A stretch of 64,000 nt of DNA from Methanobacteriota archaeon (GCA_963701995.1 OY969693.1:1025512-1089511); one strand, 5' to 3'; positions 9,448-20,037 are shown, numbered from the stretch's first letter. The notes: generated by a model not told the origin, from the letters alone. Translations and numbers: made by a program.

Positions 9448-10449
9448 ATGATCGACAGCTATACCTTCTTTTTGCTTGTAGTCTCGGTTCTGCTTTCATT
9501 TGTAGTCACGTTTGTTGTGACTCCGCCGCTCATCAAGAGAATGAAACCTGCTGGGGTGTTTGGCGTTGACGTTCACAAAGTTAAAAAGCCTGCGATTTCT
9601 GAAATGGGCGGCTTTGCCATCTACGCAGGGTTCGCCACGTCTATGATCTTCGCGGCTTTTTTGGGGCTCAATTTAATGTTAATATTGGTTTCAGTGCTCG
9701 TGGTAAGTCTATCAACTATGGTGGGGGCTGTAGATGACGTGATGCACCTTGGCGCCAAAGAAAAGCCGCTCCTTGGCTATTTCGCTGGCATTCCGCTCAT
9801 ATTGACTGCGGGGAGCGACCCCTATCTTCTCGTGCCTTTGTTAGGGACGTTTTGGCTTGGACTCGCGTGGATCCCTATTGTGCCTTTTGCAGTCACAGCT
9901 GGGGCCAATGCAGTCAATACCTTTGCTGGATTCAATGGGATGGTGATAGGCTGCGGCGCCATAGTGACGTTTGCATTGATAGTAGTTGGAATTGTGCTGA
10001 TATCGCCGACGGGGGGCATCGTGGGACTTTTGATTTTGGCGGCGCTCTTTGGGGCACTCCTTGGTTTTTTTCCGTATAATAGATATCCTGCCCGCATATT
10101 TACGGGCGATATAGGGACGCTCTGCATCGGTAGCGCTATCGCCGTTGGCGCCATAGCGCTAAAAATCGAACTATTTGCGGTCATCGCGGCTTTGCCTTAT
10201 ATCGTCAACTACGGCATGGTATTGCTCTCTGTTGGAAAGGTAACCGAGAGTCACTTGTTTACGGCCACGCAGGTAACGAATGACGGGTACTTGATCCCCT
10301 CAAAGTCATATTCCGTTCGAAAGAACTTGTCCGATTACATTTTGAGCAGGAGATCAATGAAAGAACCGGGACTAGTGAAAACGCTTTGGACTTTGTGCGC
10401 AGTATCCGGCGCAATAAGCATTTTGTTGGCAGTCTTGTCGACTCGTTGA
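9448..10449 (+). CDS. Polyprenol/dolichol-phosphate GlcNAc-1-P transferase (AglH/MraY family)
   Basis: DVHK, EMGG, GAVDD, NAVNTFAGFNG and YPARIF.GD.G motifs; multi-TM. Confidence 0.85.
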   Translation: MIDSYTFFLLVVSVLLSFVVTFVVTPPLIKRMKPAGVFGVDVHKVKKPAISEMGGFAIYAGFATSMIFAAFLGLNLMLILVSVLVVSLSTMVGAVDDVMHLGAKEKPLLGYFAGIPLILTAGSDPYLLVPLLGTFWLGLAWIPIVPFAVTAGANAVNTFAGFNGMVIGCGAIVTFALIVVGIVLISPTGGIVGLLILAALFGALLGFFPYNRYPARIFTGDIGTLCIGSAIAVGAIALKIELFAVIAALPYIVNYGMVLLSVGKVTESHLFTATQVTNDGYLIPSKSYSVRKNLSDYILSRRSMKEPGLVKTLWTLCAVSGAISILLAVLSTR

Positions 10450-10620
10450 GGTGTCTTGTTCAAGGCGACAGACCGAAAAAAGGCTATGGCAGCCGGCGAG
10501 AATGCGTGAGTGTCAATAACCTTGTGGCCGCAAGCATGGGGCTGTCCATGATCGTCTGATCTCGGGACTCCCGTAATTGGCTTCGAAAGTAGCTAGTTTG
10601 CCTAATCTAAGCCACTGGGG

Positions 10621-12951
10621 TTACAGCAGCTGCTGTGAATTGATGTTAACTGCGTCGATCGGATATGCGTATCTCGCATCAGTAGTTGCGTTGCCGCCGT
10701 TGGATGGATCCATCCATAGACTTACATACAGGGTTCTTGTTGACCCCAGAGTGGGCATAAATCCGAACCGGCTAGAGCTTCCGCTGGGCAAATCGATCGG
10801 CACTGCCTTAGTCTCTCCGGCATTTAACGTCACCGGCTTGTACTGGTCTTGCCAAGCGATGTGCAAGCTCATCGGATCGCTGGCGTGATTCGTCACATAA
10901 ACAACTCCTGAGTCGCCGTTCACTGTGACGTCGCTGATCGAGGCGTATTGTGTGGGCGTTTGGGCGAGCAGGGTTGGGTTAATTTTGTAAATCACTACAC
11001 CGTTATTCTGGAATACTTCTGTCATAATCGTGGTATCTGGAACGAAGTTCGGGAATGGAAATCCCCAGACGCTGCTCGAGTAATTTGCTTTGACCGGATC
11101 AGAAACGAAGTAGTCTACGCCCATTTTTTTTGCTATGAGTAGCTTGGTTGCGGAACTTGTGGAGCTGTTCATGAAATTGGAGAGGTCTGTGAGCTGCGAT
11201 AACTGATGGGTGACCACGTAGGAGTTTTCAGAGTCGGTTGATAGTACCACTCGGGCATTGGTGAACGTGTTTGCGTATTGTAAGAAAGTCGGATCTGACA
11301 ATACTCCGTCGTTGGACGTCGTGTGATTATTGAGCCATTGCAGTGCGCTCATTTCGTTATCGGTAAGTTTTGGAGCCTGTGCGTTTGTGGCATAGGCGGT
11401 GGCTGTGGCAATATGAAATACCGGCGATAACACGGAAATAACCACAAAAGCGATGATAAGCATCGAGCGCATTGCCCGATTGTCTCGCCTCCGTCGCAAG
11501 CCTTGGACGCGCGGCTGCGGTTCATATGCCAGCCGAAAAACAAGCATTGAAGCGAGTATTGACAGGGGGAGCACGAGATAGAGTATCGAACGCACCCCGC
11601 TTTGATTTTGTAGAACGTGCGGTATGACACGTTGAATAAGCCAGGGCATGTGCGGGACTGCCACTCCCAAAACACCGATTACCGTGGGCACCAATGCTAC
11701 AAGGAGCCAGCTTGATACAAGCATGTTTCGCAGGTTTGTTTCAGCTCGGTCCCAGAGGGTTGTTTTGTAAACCAGAATACTCAGAATTGGAATGAGACCA
11801 AGACTTGAAATCATGAAAGCTAGCGAGAACGCCGTCTGAGCCGAAAACACAAGGGCTACTGCTACTACTCCAGCCATCGCGACTAAGGTCAAAACTATGA
11901 TCAAATTTAGGACGTTTTTTGTCGTGTGGCCAATTACGGCGAACAGTCTGTCACGGCGTTTTTGCGGTGACCTTTGATCGGCGTTTCCGCTAAAAAGCAC
12001 GCCGACGGCTGCGAGCCCCAACATGCCTGCCGACAAAGTCAAGACCTCTGGAATGCTCCACGGCAGAGTTTGGTAGCTGAGATACATGGACAGCCACCAT
12101 GGAGCGCTAATTATGACTGGTAGCAAGATCATAGCACTTATCTGCTTCAAATGCATCCGAGTGCCAAGATTAATCAGCACATAGAGTACGATGAAGATGG
12201 TGAAAATGTAATAAAACGTCGTGGTAGAAAACCTATGCGTAAAAATGAGTGTTGTCACGGTAAGAGCGCCTAGAAATGTATATTTTGATCTCAGGAGAGA
12301 CTTACCTGCATCGTCCTTGATTGCCGCGTAGAGGTAGTAGGTCGCAAGCATCATCAGTATCAGCCCAAAGCTTGACGGAACGATATATTGCGGCCCCAAT
12401 ATTGCCGGGTTTGGGCTGAACGTTGCCGAAAAAAACGATGCGAGGGCGGCTATTCGCGTGTCGCCTGTGATTTTCTTTACTACGACAAAAGTAGTGAGAA
12501 CAAAGGATACCAATATGAACGCGGAAAACCCCTGCAGCAGAACGAGCAGATCGGAACTCTGGCTGATATTCTGGCTGATATTCACTCCACCAAGCGTAGC
12601 GACAGCGCTGAATACGATTGGGAGGCCAGGCGGTTCAACGTTATACCAGACGTCACCAGGCGCGGCGTTTGGATTTGTTGGGCTTAGCGCGCTGTTTTGT
12701 TGGACGTCTTTTGCTAAAGCGACGTACGTAGCGGTATCGTGATCGATCAAGTCGATGCCGCCGTTCCAGTATCCAGCGAACCCTACGGTGATAAGCAGCA
12801 GCGTGAGCGTCGTGAGCAAAATGCCCACCGACACTTTCTTGCCCAGCTCCCTCGACTGCGTACGCTCAACCGTGTGACTGCGCTGCGCCGGTGGCGGCTG
12901 AGGTGATCGCAGTCTAGAATACCCTTGATTCTCCTCGTATCGCTCTCGCAT
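10621..12951 (-). CDS. Large GT-C-fold membrane glycosyltransferase-like protein (STT3-like architecture, no WWDYG)
   Basis: First external loop D.D...Y...PPG, about 13 TM helices, then 'ALQWLNNHT..DGVLSDP' and an external C-terminal domain. Confidence 0.6.
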   Translation of the reverse strand: MRERYEENQGYSRLRSPQPPPAQRSHTVERTQSRELGKKVSVGILLTTLTLLLITVGFAGYWNGGIDLIDHDTATYVALAKDVQQNSALSPTNPNAAPGDVWYNVEPPGLPIVFSAVATLGGVNISQNISQSSDLLVLLQGFSAFILVSFVLTTFVVVKKITGDTRIAALASFFSATFSPNPAILGPQYIVPSSFGLILMMLATYYLYAAIKDDAGKSLLRSKYTFLGALTVTTLIFTHRFSTTTFYYIFTIFIVLYVLINLGTRMHLKQISAMILLPVIISAPWWLSMYLSYQTLPWSIPEVLTLSAGMLGLAAVGVLFSGNADQRSPQKRRDRLFAVIGHTTKNVLNLIIVLTLVAMAGVVAVALVFSAQTAFSLAFMISSLGLIPILSILVYKTTLWDRAETNLRNMLVSSWLLVALVPTVIGVLGVAVPHMPWLIQRVIPHVLQNQSGVRSILYLVLPLSILASMLVFRLAYEPQPRVQGLRRRRDNRAMRSMLIIAFVVISVLSPVFHIATATAYATNAQAPKLTDNEMSALQWLNNHTTSNDGVLSDPTFLQYANTFTNARVVLSTDSENSYVVTHQLSQLTDLSNFMNSSTSSATKLLIAKKMGVDYFVSDPVKANYSSSVWGFPFPNFVPDTTIMTEVFQNNGVVIYKINPTLLAQTPTQYASISDVTVNGDSGVVYVTNHASDPMSLHIAWQDQYKPVTLNAGETKAVPIDLPSGSSSRFGFMPTLGSTRTLYVSLWMDPSNGGNATTDARYAYPIDAVNINSQQLL

Positions 12952-13010
12952 TAAACGTGGACTACCTCAAACCGAGTAATAATAAACCCTGTTTATAGAA
13001 TCGCTATGCC

Positions 13011-14303
13011 CTAATCACTTATAGTTTTTGGTGACCGTTTTCCAGTCACACGCAGCTTGAACCAGCTTAGAAGCAGGGCACTGTATGTGATCTCATTCGA
13101 GACCATTCCGGTAGCAATTGCGAGCATTCCGCCTAAAATAGGGGTAAGCGTTACCATGACCGAAAGGAATGCAACTGTGGCGAAAACTACTCCCCAGCCA
13201 ACAATTTTTGCGCCCTCACACGCAGTGACCAATTTGTCCCAGATTCTGTTATAGAGAAAAAGCCCTGAATAAGCCGCGAGCATAAGCAACAATGGTCGAA
13301 TCTCTTGAACTCTAAAAATGCGCAAGAAGACAACGCCACTTACGTAAGATAGCAAAAACCCGGCCACACATATTGGAACGCCGAAGTAAGCTAGATACCT
13401 CCCAACCCGGGGTCGCAAACCCCAGTCAAGAGAGCAAAAGCGGGGGTATAATGCCATAGAAAGGACGGTTACGAGCGGCACAATCAGGAAAATACTCGAG
13501 CGATAATGTGCGCCAAATACCCCCACGGCGTAGGCAGTCGCTATAACGTTCAGGTAAAGGATGCTAATCTGCTGCGCTGAGACGCCGAGGACGCTGTCAG
13601 CGCCCAAATAGACGGTGAGCGGGATTAGTGATCTCATTCTCTCAATCGAAACGCGCGGGAAACCCAAAGGCACTTTTTGAATCAGGACAAGAGAACCGAG
13701 TAAGGAGCCGACGCATATGCCGACTAAGCCGAGCGTCAAGTTGCGAAAAAGGACAAAAAAGATGAGCGCGACGCTCCAATAAATGACGTCTGCGATAACG
13801 ACAAATCTAATCTTGTAGAGCGCCAGTTTGAAAGATTGTGCAACGGTGTATATCGTAAGCAGAAACGCTATTATGTAGCCGAAAATCAACTCGTACTGGG
13901 TGATTCCAAGCAGGTTTAGCAAGTTGCTAGAGGATCCGACGACGATTACGGGCAGAGATACTGCAATCGAAAGAAAAAAAGCAATATAAAGAGCATTGAT
14001 CGGCACGTCGGCAATACGCTCGTTTCGTTCGGCAACGATCTTCACGACGGCCTTCGGCAATCCTAGGGTCATCACGGCGCTTAAGATTGTAGCTATGGCC
14101 AGAATGACGAGATAAGTTCCGTAAACCTGTACGCCGAGGTACCGTCCAACAAAAAGTTCTTCCGCCAGCGATATGAGCTTCGCCAGCGCATATCCGGCCC
14201 CCAAAACCGAGAGCCCTCGCAAGACGCTTCGGATGTACTGTACGGACAACAAGTCGCGTGCTTTTTGAAAAACCGACGCAAGTCTCGCGATGGTGTTGGC
14301 CAT
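13011..14303 (-). CDS. Oligosaccharide flippase (Wzx/MOP family)
   Basis: About 12 TM; 'RYLG...YG.Y' and 'LGLP.AV' pattern; located in the glycan locus. Confidence 0.75.
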   Translation of the reverse strand: MANTIARLASVFQKARDLLSVQYIRSVLRGLSVLGAGYALAKLISLAEELFVGRYLGVQVYGTYLVILAIATILSAVMTLGLPKAVVKIVAERNERIADVPINALYIAFFLSIAVSLPVIVVGSSSNLLNLLGITQYELIFGYIIAFLLTIYTVAQSFKLALYKIRFVVIADVIYWSVALIFFVLFRNLTLGLVGICVGSLLGSLVLIQKVPLGFPRVSIERMRSLIPLTVYLGADSVLGVSAQQISILYLNVIATAYAVGVFGAHYRSSIFLIVPLVTVLSMALYPRFCSLDWGLRPRVGRYLAYFGVPICVAGFLLSYVSGVVFLRIFRVQEIRPLLLMLAAYSGLFLYNRIWDKLVTACEGAKIVGWGVVFATVAFLSVMVTLTPILGGMLAIATGMVSNEITYSALLLSWFKLRVTGKRSPKTISD

Positions 14304-14382
14304 TGTGGGTCAACTATTCAGGCCGCTCTTGTTAAATATACTTTTGTTGGCGCATCTAAAAGATTATTAACGTTTACTTGCT

Positions 14383-15540
14383 ATGATCAATCGGATGCCT
14401 CGAGAAAGGTGCAGAATCCTGTTTGTAACTTCGTTCGACGTTCGACTGATTGACAGCGTGAAAACAGACGGCAGCATGATTCGTCTGCTCAAAGATTTCT
14501 TGCTGAGATACGAGGATCTGTGTGATCTATTCTTATTTACAGGGGACACAAGCAAATTTGATTTGGCCCCCGCCATAGAACACGTTCCGTCAGCGTTGTT
14601 CGAGAAATTTGGTCTTTGGCACTTTTCATATGTCGCCTTAAGCACATTTAAAATCGGGAAACGATTGAAAGGAAATGCTCTGGTCCGGGGCATTTCTGCT
14701 GCGTGTCCGGGAGCAATAGTCGCAGCAAAGGCAAAAAAGAAGCCTTCACTCGTTTTTTATGAATATAATTGGGCGGATCAAGTTACGCACGTGAACAAAG
14801 GCAGAATTCTCGGAACAGTTGCAAGACTTATCGAGAACTATGTCATAAGAAACGCCGATGTTTTGGTCACGCGAAACCAGTCTCTAGAGACGGAGCTTCG
14901 CGAAAGAGGCGCTAAGAGAGTCGAGATCATACCCTTAACGTTCGATGAAGACATTTTTAAACCCGGAATTGATGTCACTGAGCTCAAAAAGACTTACAGC
15001 GTCCGAGATGAAAAGATACTCATGTATATTGGAAGACTGCATGCAGTCAAACGGCTTGACCTTCTTCTAAAGGCAGCTGCACAGCTTACTGAGCACTTCA
15101 AGCTGTTTATAGTCGGTTCGGGGGCTCAGGAAAATGAGCTCAAGGACTTGGCAAAATCCCTTGGTATTGTGGACAAAGTGATTTTCACGGGCGCAGTGCA
15201 ATATTCTGACGTGCCGAAATTCATGAATATGGCAGACTTGATCGTGATGACCAGTTCTACGGAAGGGCAGCCGAGGGTTCTGATAGAGGCAATGTCTTGC
15301 GGGACGCCGGCAGTTGGAACGAACGTGTTCGGAATTAGAGACACTGTAGATGACGGGGTGACGGGGTATCTCGCCTCTGACGATCCTGATGACATCGCAA
15401 GAAAAATTTCAGAAGCTTTGGCAAACGATGCGTTTCCGCAGATGTGCAGGTCAGTCGCACTTGAGAAATACTCGAATGAAGCCTGTGGGTTGAAAGAAAA
15501 GGCGCTATGCAAAGAGCTTTTGGCGCTCGACAGCAACTGA
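14383..15540 (+). CDS. GT4 glycosyltransferase
   Basis: GRL..VKR and EG.P..LIEAMSCGTP motifs. Confidence 0.88.
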   Translation: MINRMPRERCRILFVTSFDVRLIDSVKTDGSMIRLLKDFLLRYEDLCDLFLFTGDTSKFDLAPAIEHVPSALFEKFGLWHFSYVALSTFKIGKRLKGNALVRGISAACPGAIVAAKAKKKPSLVFYEYNWADQVTHVNKGRILGTVARLIENYVIRNADVLVTRNQSLETELRERGAKRVEIIPLTFDEDIFKPGIDVTELKKTYSVRDEKILMYIGRLHAVKRLDLLLKAAAQLTEHFKLFIVGSGAQENELKDLAKSLGIVDKVIFTGAVQYSDVPKFMNMADLIVMTSSTEGQPRVLIEAMSCGTPAVGTNVFGIRDTVDDGVTGYLASDDPDDIARKISEALANDAFPQMCRSVALEKYSNEACGLKEKALCKELLALDSN

Positions 15541-15851
15541 CTTTAACATACTCCGCTTCGCTTGCTGGGCCAGGTCTCGCACTGTTCTTGGTCGTTTCTC
15601 AGAGTCAGCGCACTCACAAAGCCGAATTCACTGCCAAGATACGATAATAGACCTTAGAACTTTGATAAAGCGTGATTTAGGCTAGGATTTGATCTTACGT
15701 TAGAAAAGGTGAAGTTAGGGGAGTAGGTGTGGAGTGAGGGTGTCGAGCTTCGAATGCCCAGGATATGACAGGCTGGGGCCCGAATGAAAGAAAAGTTAAC
15801 AAGAATGTGGAATGAATGAAAGCTATTCCTCGCGCTGATTTGTACCAGACC

Positions 15852-16880
15852 ATGAGCACAAACGCGTTTTACCACCATAAGACCGTATTGGTGACCGGCG
15901 GAGCCGGATCAATCGGATCACAACTCGTTCGCACGCTGTTGGAAGCCAATCCCCGCGCCGTGATCCTCACCGACAACAACGAGGGCGCGCTGTATGATCT
16001 AGAGCAAGATCTTAAGTCTAGCAAAGTGTCCACCTTTGTCGCTGACGTAAAGGACAAAGAAAGCATGAAACCGCTTTTTGACGGCATTGATTTTGTATTC
16101 CACCTTGCCGGGCTCAAGAACGTACCAATGTGTGAATATAACCCCTATGAAGCTGTTAAAACGAATATCGCTGGGACTCACAACTTGGTCGATCTATGTT
16201 TGCGCGAGAACGTCGAAAAAGTGATATTTACAAGCACAGGCAAAGCCGTCAAGCCGACGACCGTATATGGTGCTACCAAACTCCTCGCGGAGCGCTTGCT
16301 CACTCTCGCTAACAGCAAGCAGGGGGGCCCAGGAACGATATTCGCAAGTGTAAGATTTGGCAACGTACTGGGCTCTCGCGGCTCGGTTTTTCCCTTGTTT
16401 AGCAGGCAAATCGGAAACGGCGGCCCTGTCACCATCACCCACGAGGACATGGTGCGGCCTAACATCATCATGTCGAATGCGCTTAGGTTGATTATGAACG
16501 CGGGAGAGCTTGCACGAGGCGGAGAAACGTTTATTCTCAAGATGAAAGTGATGAGAATAGCCGAAGTTGCTGAGGTCATGATTCGAGAGCTAGCGCCGGA
16601 ATATGGCTACAAACCGGAAGAAATCGAGATTCAGCTGATCGGTGTTAGGCCAGGCGAAAAAATACGAGAGGAGCTGATGACCGAGAGTGAACAGAGGAGA
16701 GCATACGAAACCGAAGACACGTTAGTCGTGGCGCCAGAGATGAAAGAACTGTCACACGTCCAAGAATATTACAGCGACTTATTACGCCGAAAAGAGATAA
16801 AAACGTACAAGCATCGAGATCCGGTTTTTGTCACAAGCGCAGAGATAAAGGGAATATTAACCTACTTGGGCTATCTGTAA
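15852..16880 (+). CDS. CapD/PseB-like UDP-GlcNAc 4,6-dehydratase family SDR (STDKA changed to STGKA)
   Basis: TGGAGSIG, CEYNP.EA.KTN, YGATK, RFGNVLGSRGSV and RPGEK motifs; alternative start at 15816. Confidence 0.8.
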   Translation: MSTNAFYHHKTVLVTGGAGSIGSQLVRTLLEANPRAVILTDNNEGALYDLEQDLKSSKVSTFVADVKDKESMKPLFDGIDFVFHLAGLKNVPMCEYNPYEAVKTNIAGTHNLVDLCLRENVEKVIFTSTGKAVKPTTVYGATKLLAERLLTLANSKQGGPGTIFASVRFGNVLGSRGSVFPLFSRQIGNGGPVTITHEDMVRPNIIMSNALRLIMNAGELARGGETFILKMKVMRIAEVAEVMIRELAPEYGYKPEEIEIQLIGVRPGEKIREELMTESEQRRAYETEDTLVVAPEMKELSHVQEYYSDLLRRKEIKTYKHRDPVFVTSAEIKGILTYLGYL

Positions 16881-17185
16881 TGACAGCTGTAGCTACAAAA
16901 ACGCCTGACACGATATGTGGGCAGCCGCAACAAGGCGAGCGCTACGATGCCCGTCGCTTAAAAAACGTCTAGAACAAAACTCACTTTGGCCCAACCTGTG
17001 CTGCGGTTGGCGCGCATTCGCTTCTGTTCTGCGGCTTTTTTTGGCGCGCCGAACTTCAATCTCTTTCGCGGAACCTGCTCAAGGCGGTGCAGATTGACCT
17101 CAGCATTCAGACGAAGGCCTCTCGGTGCCGCGATGGGACCCATTTTCGTAAGCACCTGCTATCGTCCACTGTGAGCTGATATTCA

Positions 17186-17773
17186 TCAATGCGCCGGCTC
17201 CTGGGTTTCGAGGACCGGCTCGTCTGGAAGTTCGATGTGCTGATCTAGTTCGCGCTCAAACATGTTGGTCAAAACGGCTTTTAGCTCCTTTCGAGGAATG
17301 TTTCCGGTGTTTTTCAAACGGCACTTCTCCAAGTACTCCTCGTAAGTGCTGATGAATCGTGCAGGATTGCCCGCATAGACAGTGTTCGGCGGCACGTCTT
17401 TTGTGACGACCGCTCCCGCCCCTACCACGCTGTTCGGACCTATGACTACGCCCGGCATTATAATCGCGTTAACGCCGATGAAAGAGTTATCCCGAATAAT
17501 TATGGGGCCGAACTTGCTGCCTTCGAAGTCCGCGTTCTGCTCGAGCACCCATTTGGCTCCGTCGTGAGTCATAAAGGTAACGCCGTACGTAATCTTACAG
17601 TTATTTCCAATCGAAATCAAGTACGGTTCGGTGCTCAAATTGCAGTAGTAGAGTTGACAGTTGCTGCCTATGCGTACTCCTAATCTTCGTGCTAGGCGGA
17701 CGCGGGCGCTCCCCGTGCTTATCCTGAATAAAACGATGTTCAGTCTGTAAGCGATTTTTTCTAGCCAGTTCAT
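17186..17773 (-). CDS. Hexapeptide-repeat (LbH) sugar acetyltransferase
   Basis: EPYLISIG, THDG, IG.NSVVGAG.VVTKDVP and GNPAR motifs. Confidence 0.85.
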   Translation of the reverse strand: MNWLEKIAYRLNIVLFRISTGSARVRLARRLGVRIGSNCQLYYCNLSTEPYLISIGNNCKITYGVTFMTHDGAKWVLEQNADFEGSKFGPIIIRDNSFIGVNAIIMPGVVIGPNSVVGAGAVVTKDVPPNTVYAGNPARFISTYEEYLEKCRLKNTGNIPRKELKAVLTNMFERELDQHIELPDEPVLETQEPAH

Positions 17774-17958
17774 TTGACGATAGCTTGTTGATTTGGATAC
17801 GTTCCTGCTTGCCGAACCGATAGTCGCTCGTTACGTAATTTATATTTTATCCAGCTCTTTAAGCTTGCGATCTTCGCTCAAACTCAGCCGAGCAAAAGCG
17901 AGGTGGCAGGCGGCAGTTATTATTATTAGGTTGATATATTGCACCACAACCTTGTGTC

Positions 17959-19008
17959 ATGTTCAAAGCAATTCCTGTAGAAAGACGAAGCAGAGTTATC
18001 CACGATTTTCCCTACGGTGTCGAGCGGAGGCGATGCCCGCACGCAGGTATCGTAAATATCACGAAGAGCGGGCACTGCGTTTTTGATTGCGCATATTGCT
18101 ACGCGAAGAGCTACCCGTGGTCCGCGAATGGATCTCTCATCGAGGTGTACGAAAATACGCCTGAACTGCTTGATAGCGAGTTAAGAATCATTCGCACGTG
18201 TCCGCCTCTTTATTTTTGCGCTGTGACAGATCCATTTCAACCGCTTGAGCTTGTGTGGAAAACTTCCCTCGACGCAATGGGTATCGCCGCGGACCATGGC
18301 GTCTTTTTTACTATCGTCACTAAATCGGACCTCGCTTTGAAAGTCCTTGAAACCAGCTGGGCAGATTATGAAAGATTTCGCGTATCCTTCACGTGTGAGA
18401 GTCTCAACCGCAACAAGCTCAGCGCGATCAGCAATGCACCAGATGTTTTTCGAAGGCTGAGGGCCATCGAAAAGCTTGTGAGCGCGGGCGTCAACGTCTC
18501 AGTGAGAGTTGATCCGATAATCTCTGGGCTGACTGACGATTACGGTGAGTTGGACGAATTGTTTCAGACGTTGAGCTCGATGGGCGTTTGCCACATTACC
18601 ACCTCAACGGGCAGTTTCAATTCCCGGGCGTTTCGTAAATTACTCGTTGGGATCGAGGAAGGTGGCTACGCGGAGTCAGCTGCGCTAGTCCGGAGTCGCT
18701 ATGTCTTTAATGGAAAAAAGTACACGCTAAGCCCGAAAGACCGACTCACGCTCTACACATATCTCGCGTCGCTTTGTGGTCATTACGACATGGGTCTCTC
18801 TCTTTGCCAAGAACCGCTGGATCTTGTACCTGGTGACGCGACACGATGCCGCACTCTTGGAGAGTTGGCTATGCGAGATCGGTCGGGGCGTTTCGTTCCA
18901 GTTTGCGGCTCTGACTGCTTAAATGCTTGTCCAAACGCAGAATATCCGCCTTGCAAGAACGAGAAGCTCCGTGCGGAATATCCCTTCAAATGGCGGACGC
19001 TTAGGTAG
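17959..19008 (+). CDS. Radical SAM protein, SPL-like family, with a Cys-rich C-terminus
   Basis: CVFDCAYC, TDPFQP.E, TKS and RL.A...L...G motifs. Confidence 0.8.
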   Translation: MFKAIPVERRSRVIHDFPYGVERRRCPHAGIVNITKSGHCVFDCAYCYAKSYPWSANGSLIEVYENTPELLDSELRIIRTCPPLYFCAVTDPFQPLELVWKTSLDAMGIAADHGVFFTIVTKSDLALKVLETSWADYERFRVSFTCESLNRNKLSAISNAPDVFRRLRAIEKLVSAGVNVSVRVDPIISGLTDDYGELDELFQTLSSMGVCHITTSTGSFNSRAFRKLLVGIEEGGYAESAALVRSRYVFNGKKYTLSPKDRLTLYTYLASLCGHYDMGLSLCQEPLDLVPGDATRCRTLGELAMRDRSGRFVPVCGSDCLNACPNAEYPPCKNEKLRAEYPFKWRTLR

Positions 19009-19116
19009 AGCCGTTCTTTTGACGTCTTTGCCGCGCTGTTTTATGCGCCGGCCGATTAACGATGCTTTTAAGTATTAGTCGTACGGAATAAAACCTGAAA
19101 CTTTTTCGTTTATGAT

Positions 19117-20037
19117 ATGATTGCGTTAGTTACAGGTGGCTACGGGTTTATAGGAAACCAGATTGCCGAGCTAATCTCTACCGAATATGCGGAAGTGCGC
19201 ATACTTGACAATCTAAGCAACGCAGCGCGGGTAGTTCGATTGCCAAACGTGCGCCTAATCAAGACGGATATCAGAGATACAGGCGCGACGAACGAGGCAT
19301 TTGATGATGTTGACGTAGTTTTCCACACCGCCGCTCGTGTCGACGTAGTCGCAAGCACCAGAGAGCCATTCGTCGATATGGATAACAACGTCAAGGGTAC
19401 TTTATCAGTCTGTGAGGCTGCTCGAAGAAATGACGTGTCGAAGCTCGTTTATTCATCGAGCGCTGCCGTCTACGGAAATGCTGATTCTTTTCCCATAGAT
19501 GAGGCGCAGCCGGTACGTCCTCTGTCTCCCTATGCCGTGAGCAAGTATTGCGGCGAACTCTACATGGCTGCTTATTATAATTTGTATGGCCTCAGCACGC
19601 TGTCTTTGCGATACTTCAACGTTTATGGCCCCTATCAACGTCCGGAAAACGCGTACTCTGGCGTGATTAGTACATTCTTCTATAACGCAACAAGAAACGC
19701 ACCTCTGCAAATACACGGTGACGGGAACCAGACCAGGGACTTCGTGTATGTAACAGACGTGGCGAATGCGAATCTGCTGGCGGCAAATAGCGGTGCAGCA
19801 AATGCAGTGGTGAACATAGGAAGCGGGCGCGAGACGTCAATAAATGAACTAGCCATGATGATCAAGAAAATGGCTCTTTCTGATTCGAGCATCGCGCACG
19901 GCGCGCCGCGTATCAGCGACGGCAGGAGGTCTCTGGCGGATATCAGAAACGCAAAGCGAATCATAGACTACGAGCCAAAAATCCGCATAGATGGGGGCCT
20001 CACAAAGCTCAGGCAGTTCTTTGGCGATACGCGCTGA
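19117..20037 (+). CDS. NAD-dependent nucleotide-sugar epimerase (GalE/WbpP-like)
   Basis: TGGYGFIG, SSAAVYG, SPYAVSK, RYFNVYGP and QTRDFVYV motifs. Confidence 0.88.
   Translation: MIALVTGGYGFIGNQIAELISTEYAEVRILDNLSNAARVVRLPNVRLIKTDIRDTGATNEAFDDVDVVFHTAARVDVVASTREPFVDMDNNVKGTLSVCEAARRNDVSKLVYSSSAAVYGNADSFPIDEAQPVRPLSPYAVSKYCGELYMAAYYNLYGLSTLSLRYFNVYGPYQRPENAYSGVISTFFYNATRNAPLQIHGDGNQTRDFVYVTDVANANLLAANSGAANAVVNIGSGRETSINELAMMIKKMALSDSSIAHGAPRISDGRRSLADIRNAKRIIDYEPKIRIDGGLTKLRQFFGDTR

Noticed and set aside
15541..15815. Purine/G-rich intergenic stretch upstream of the CapD-like gene
   Set aside because: No convincing repeat, stem or RNA motif, and the G-runs are too irregular for a G-quadruplex call.
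16881..17185. 300-bp gap between convergent genes with three short ORFs
   Set aside because: No recognisable protein or RNA features. Probably terminator or spacer sequence.
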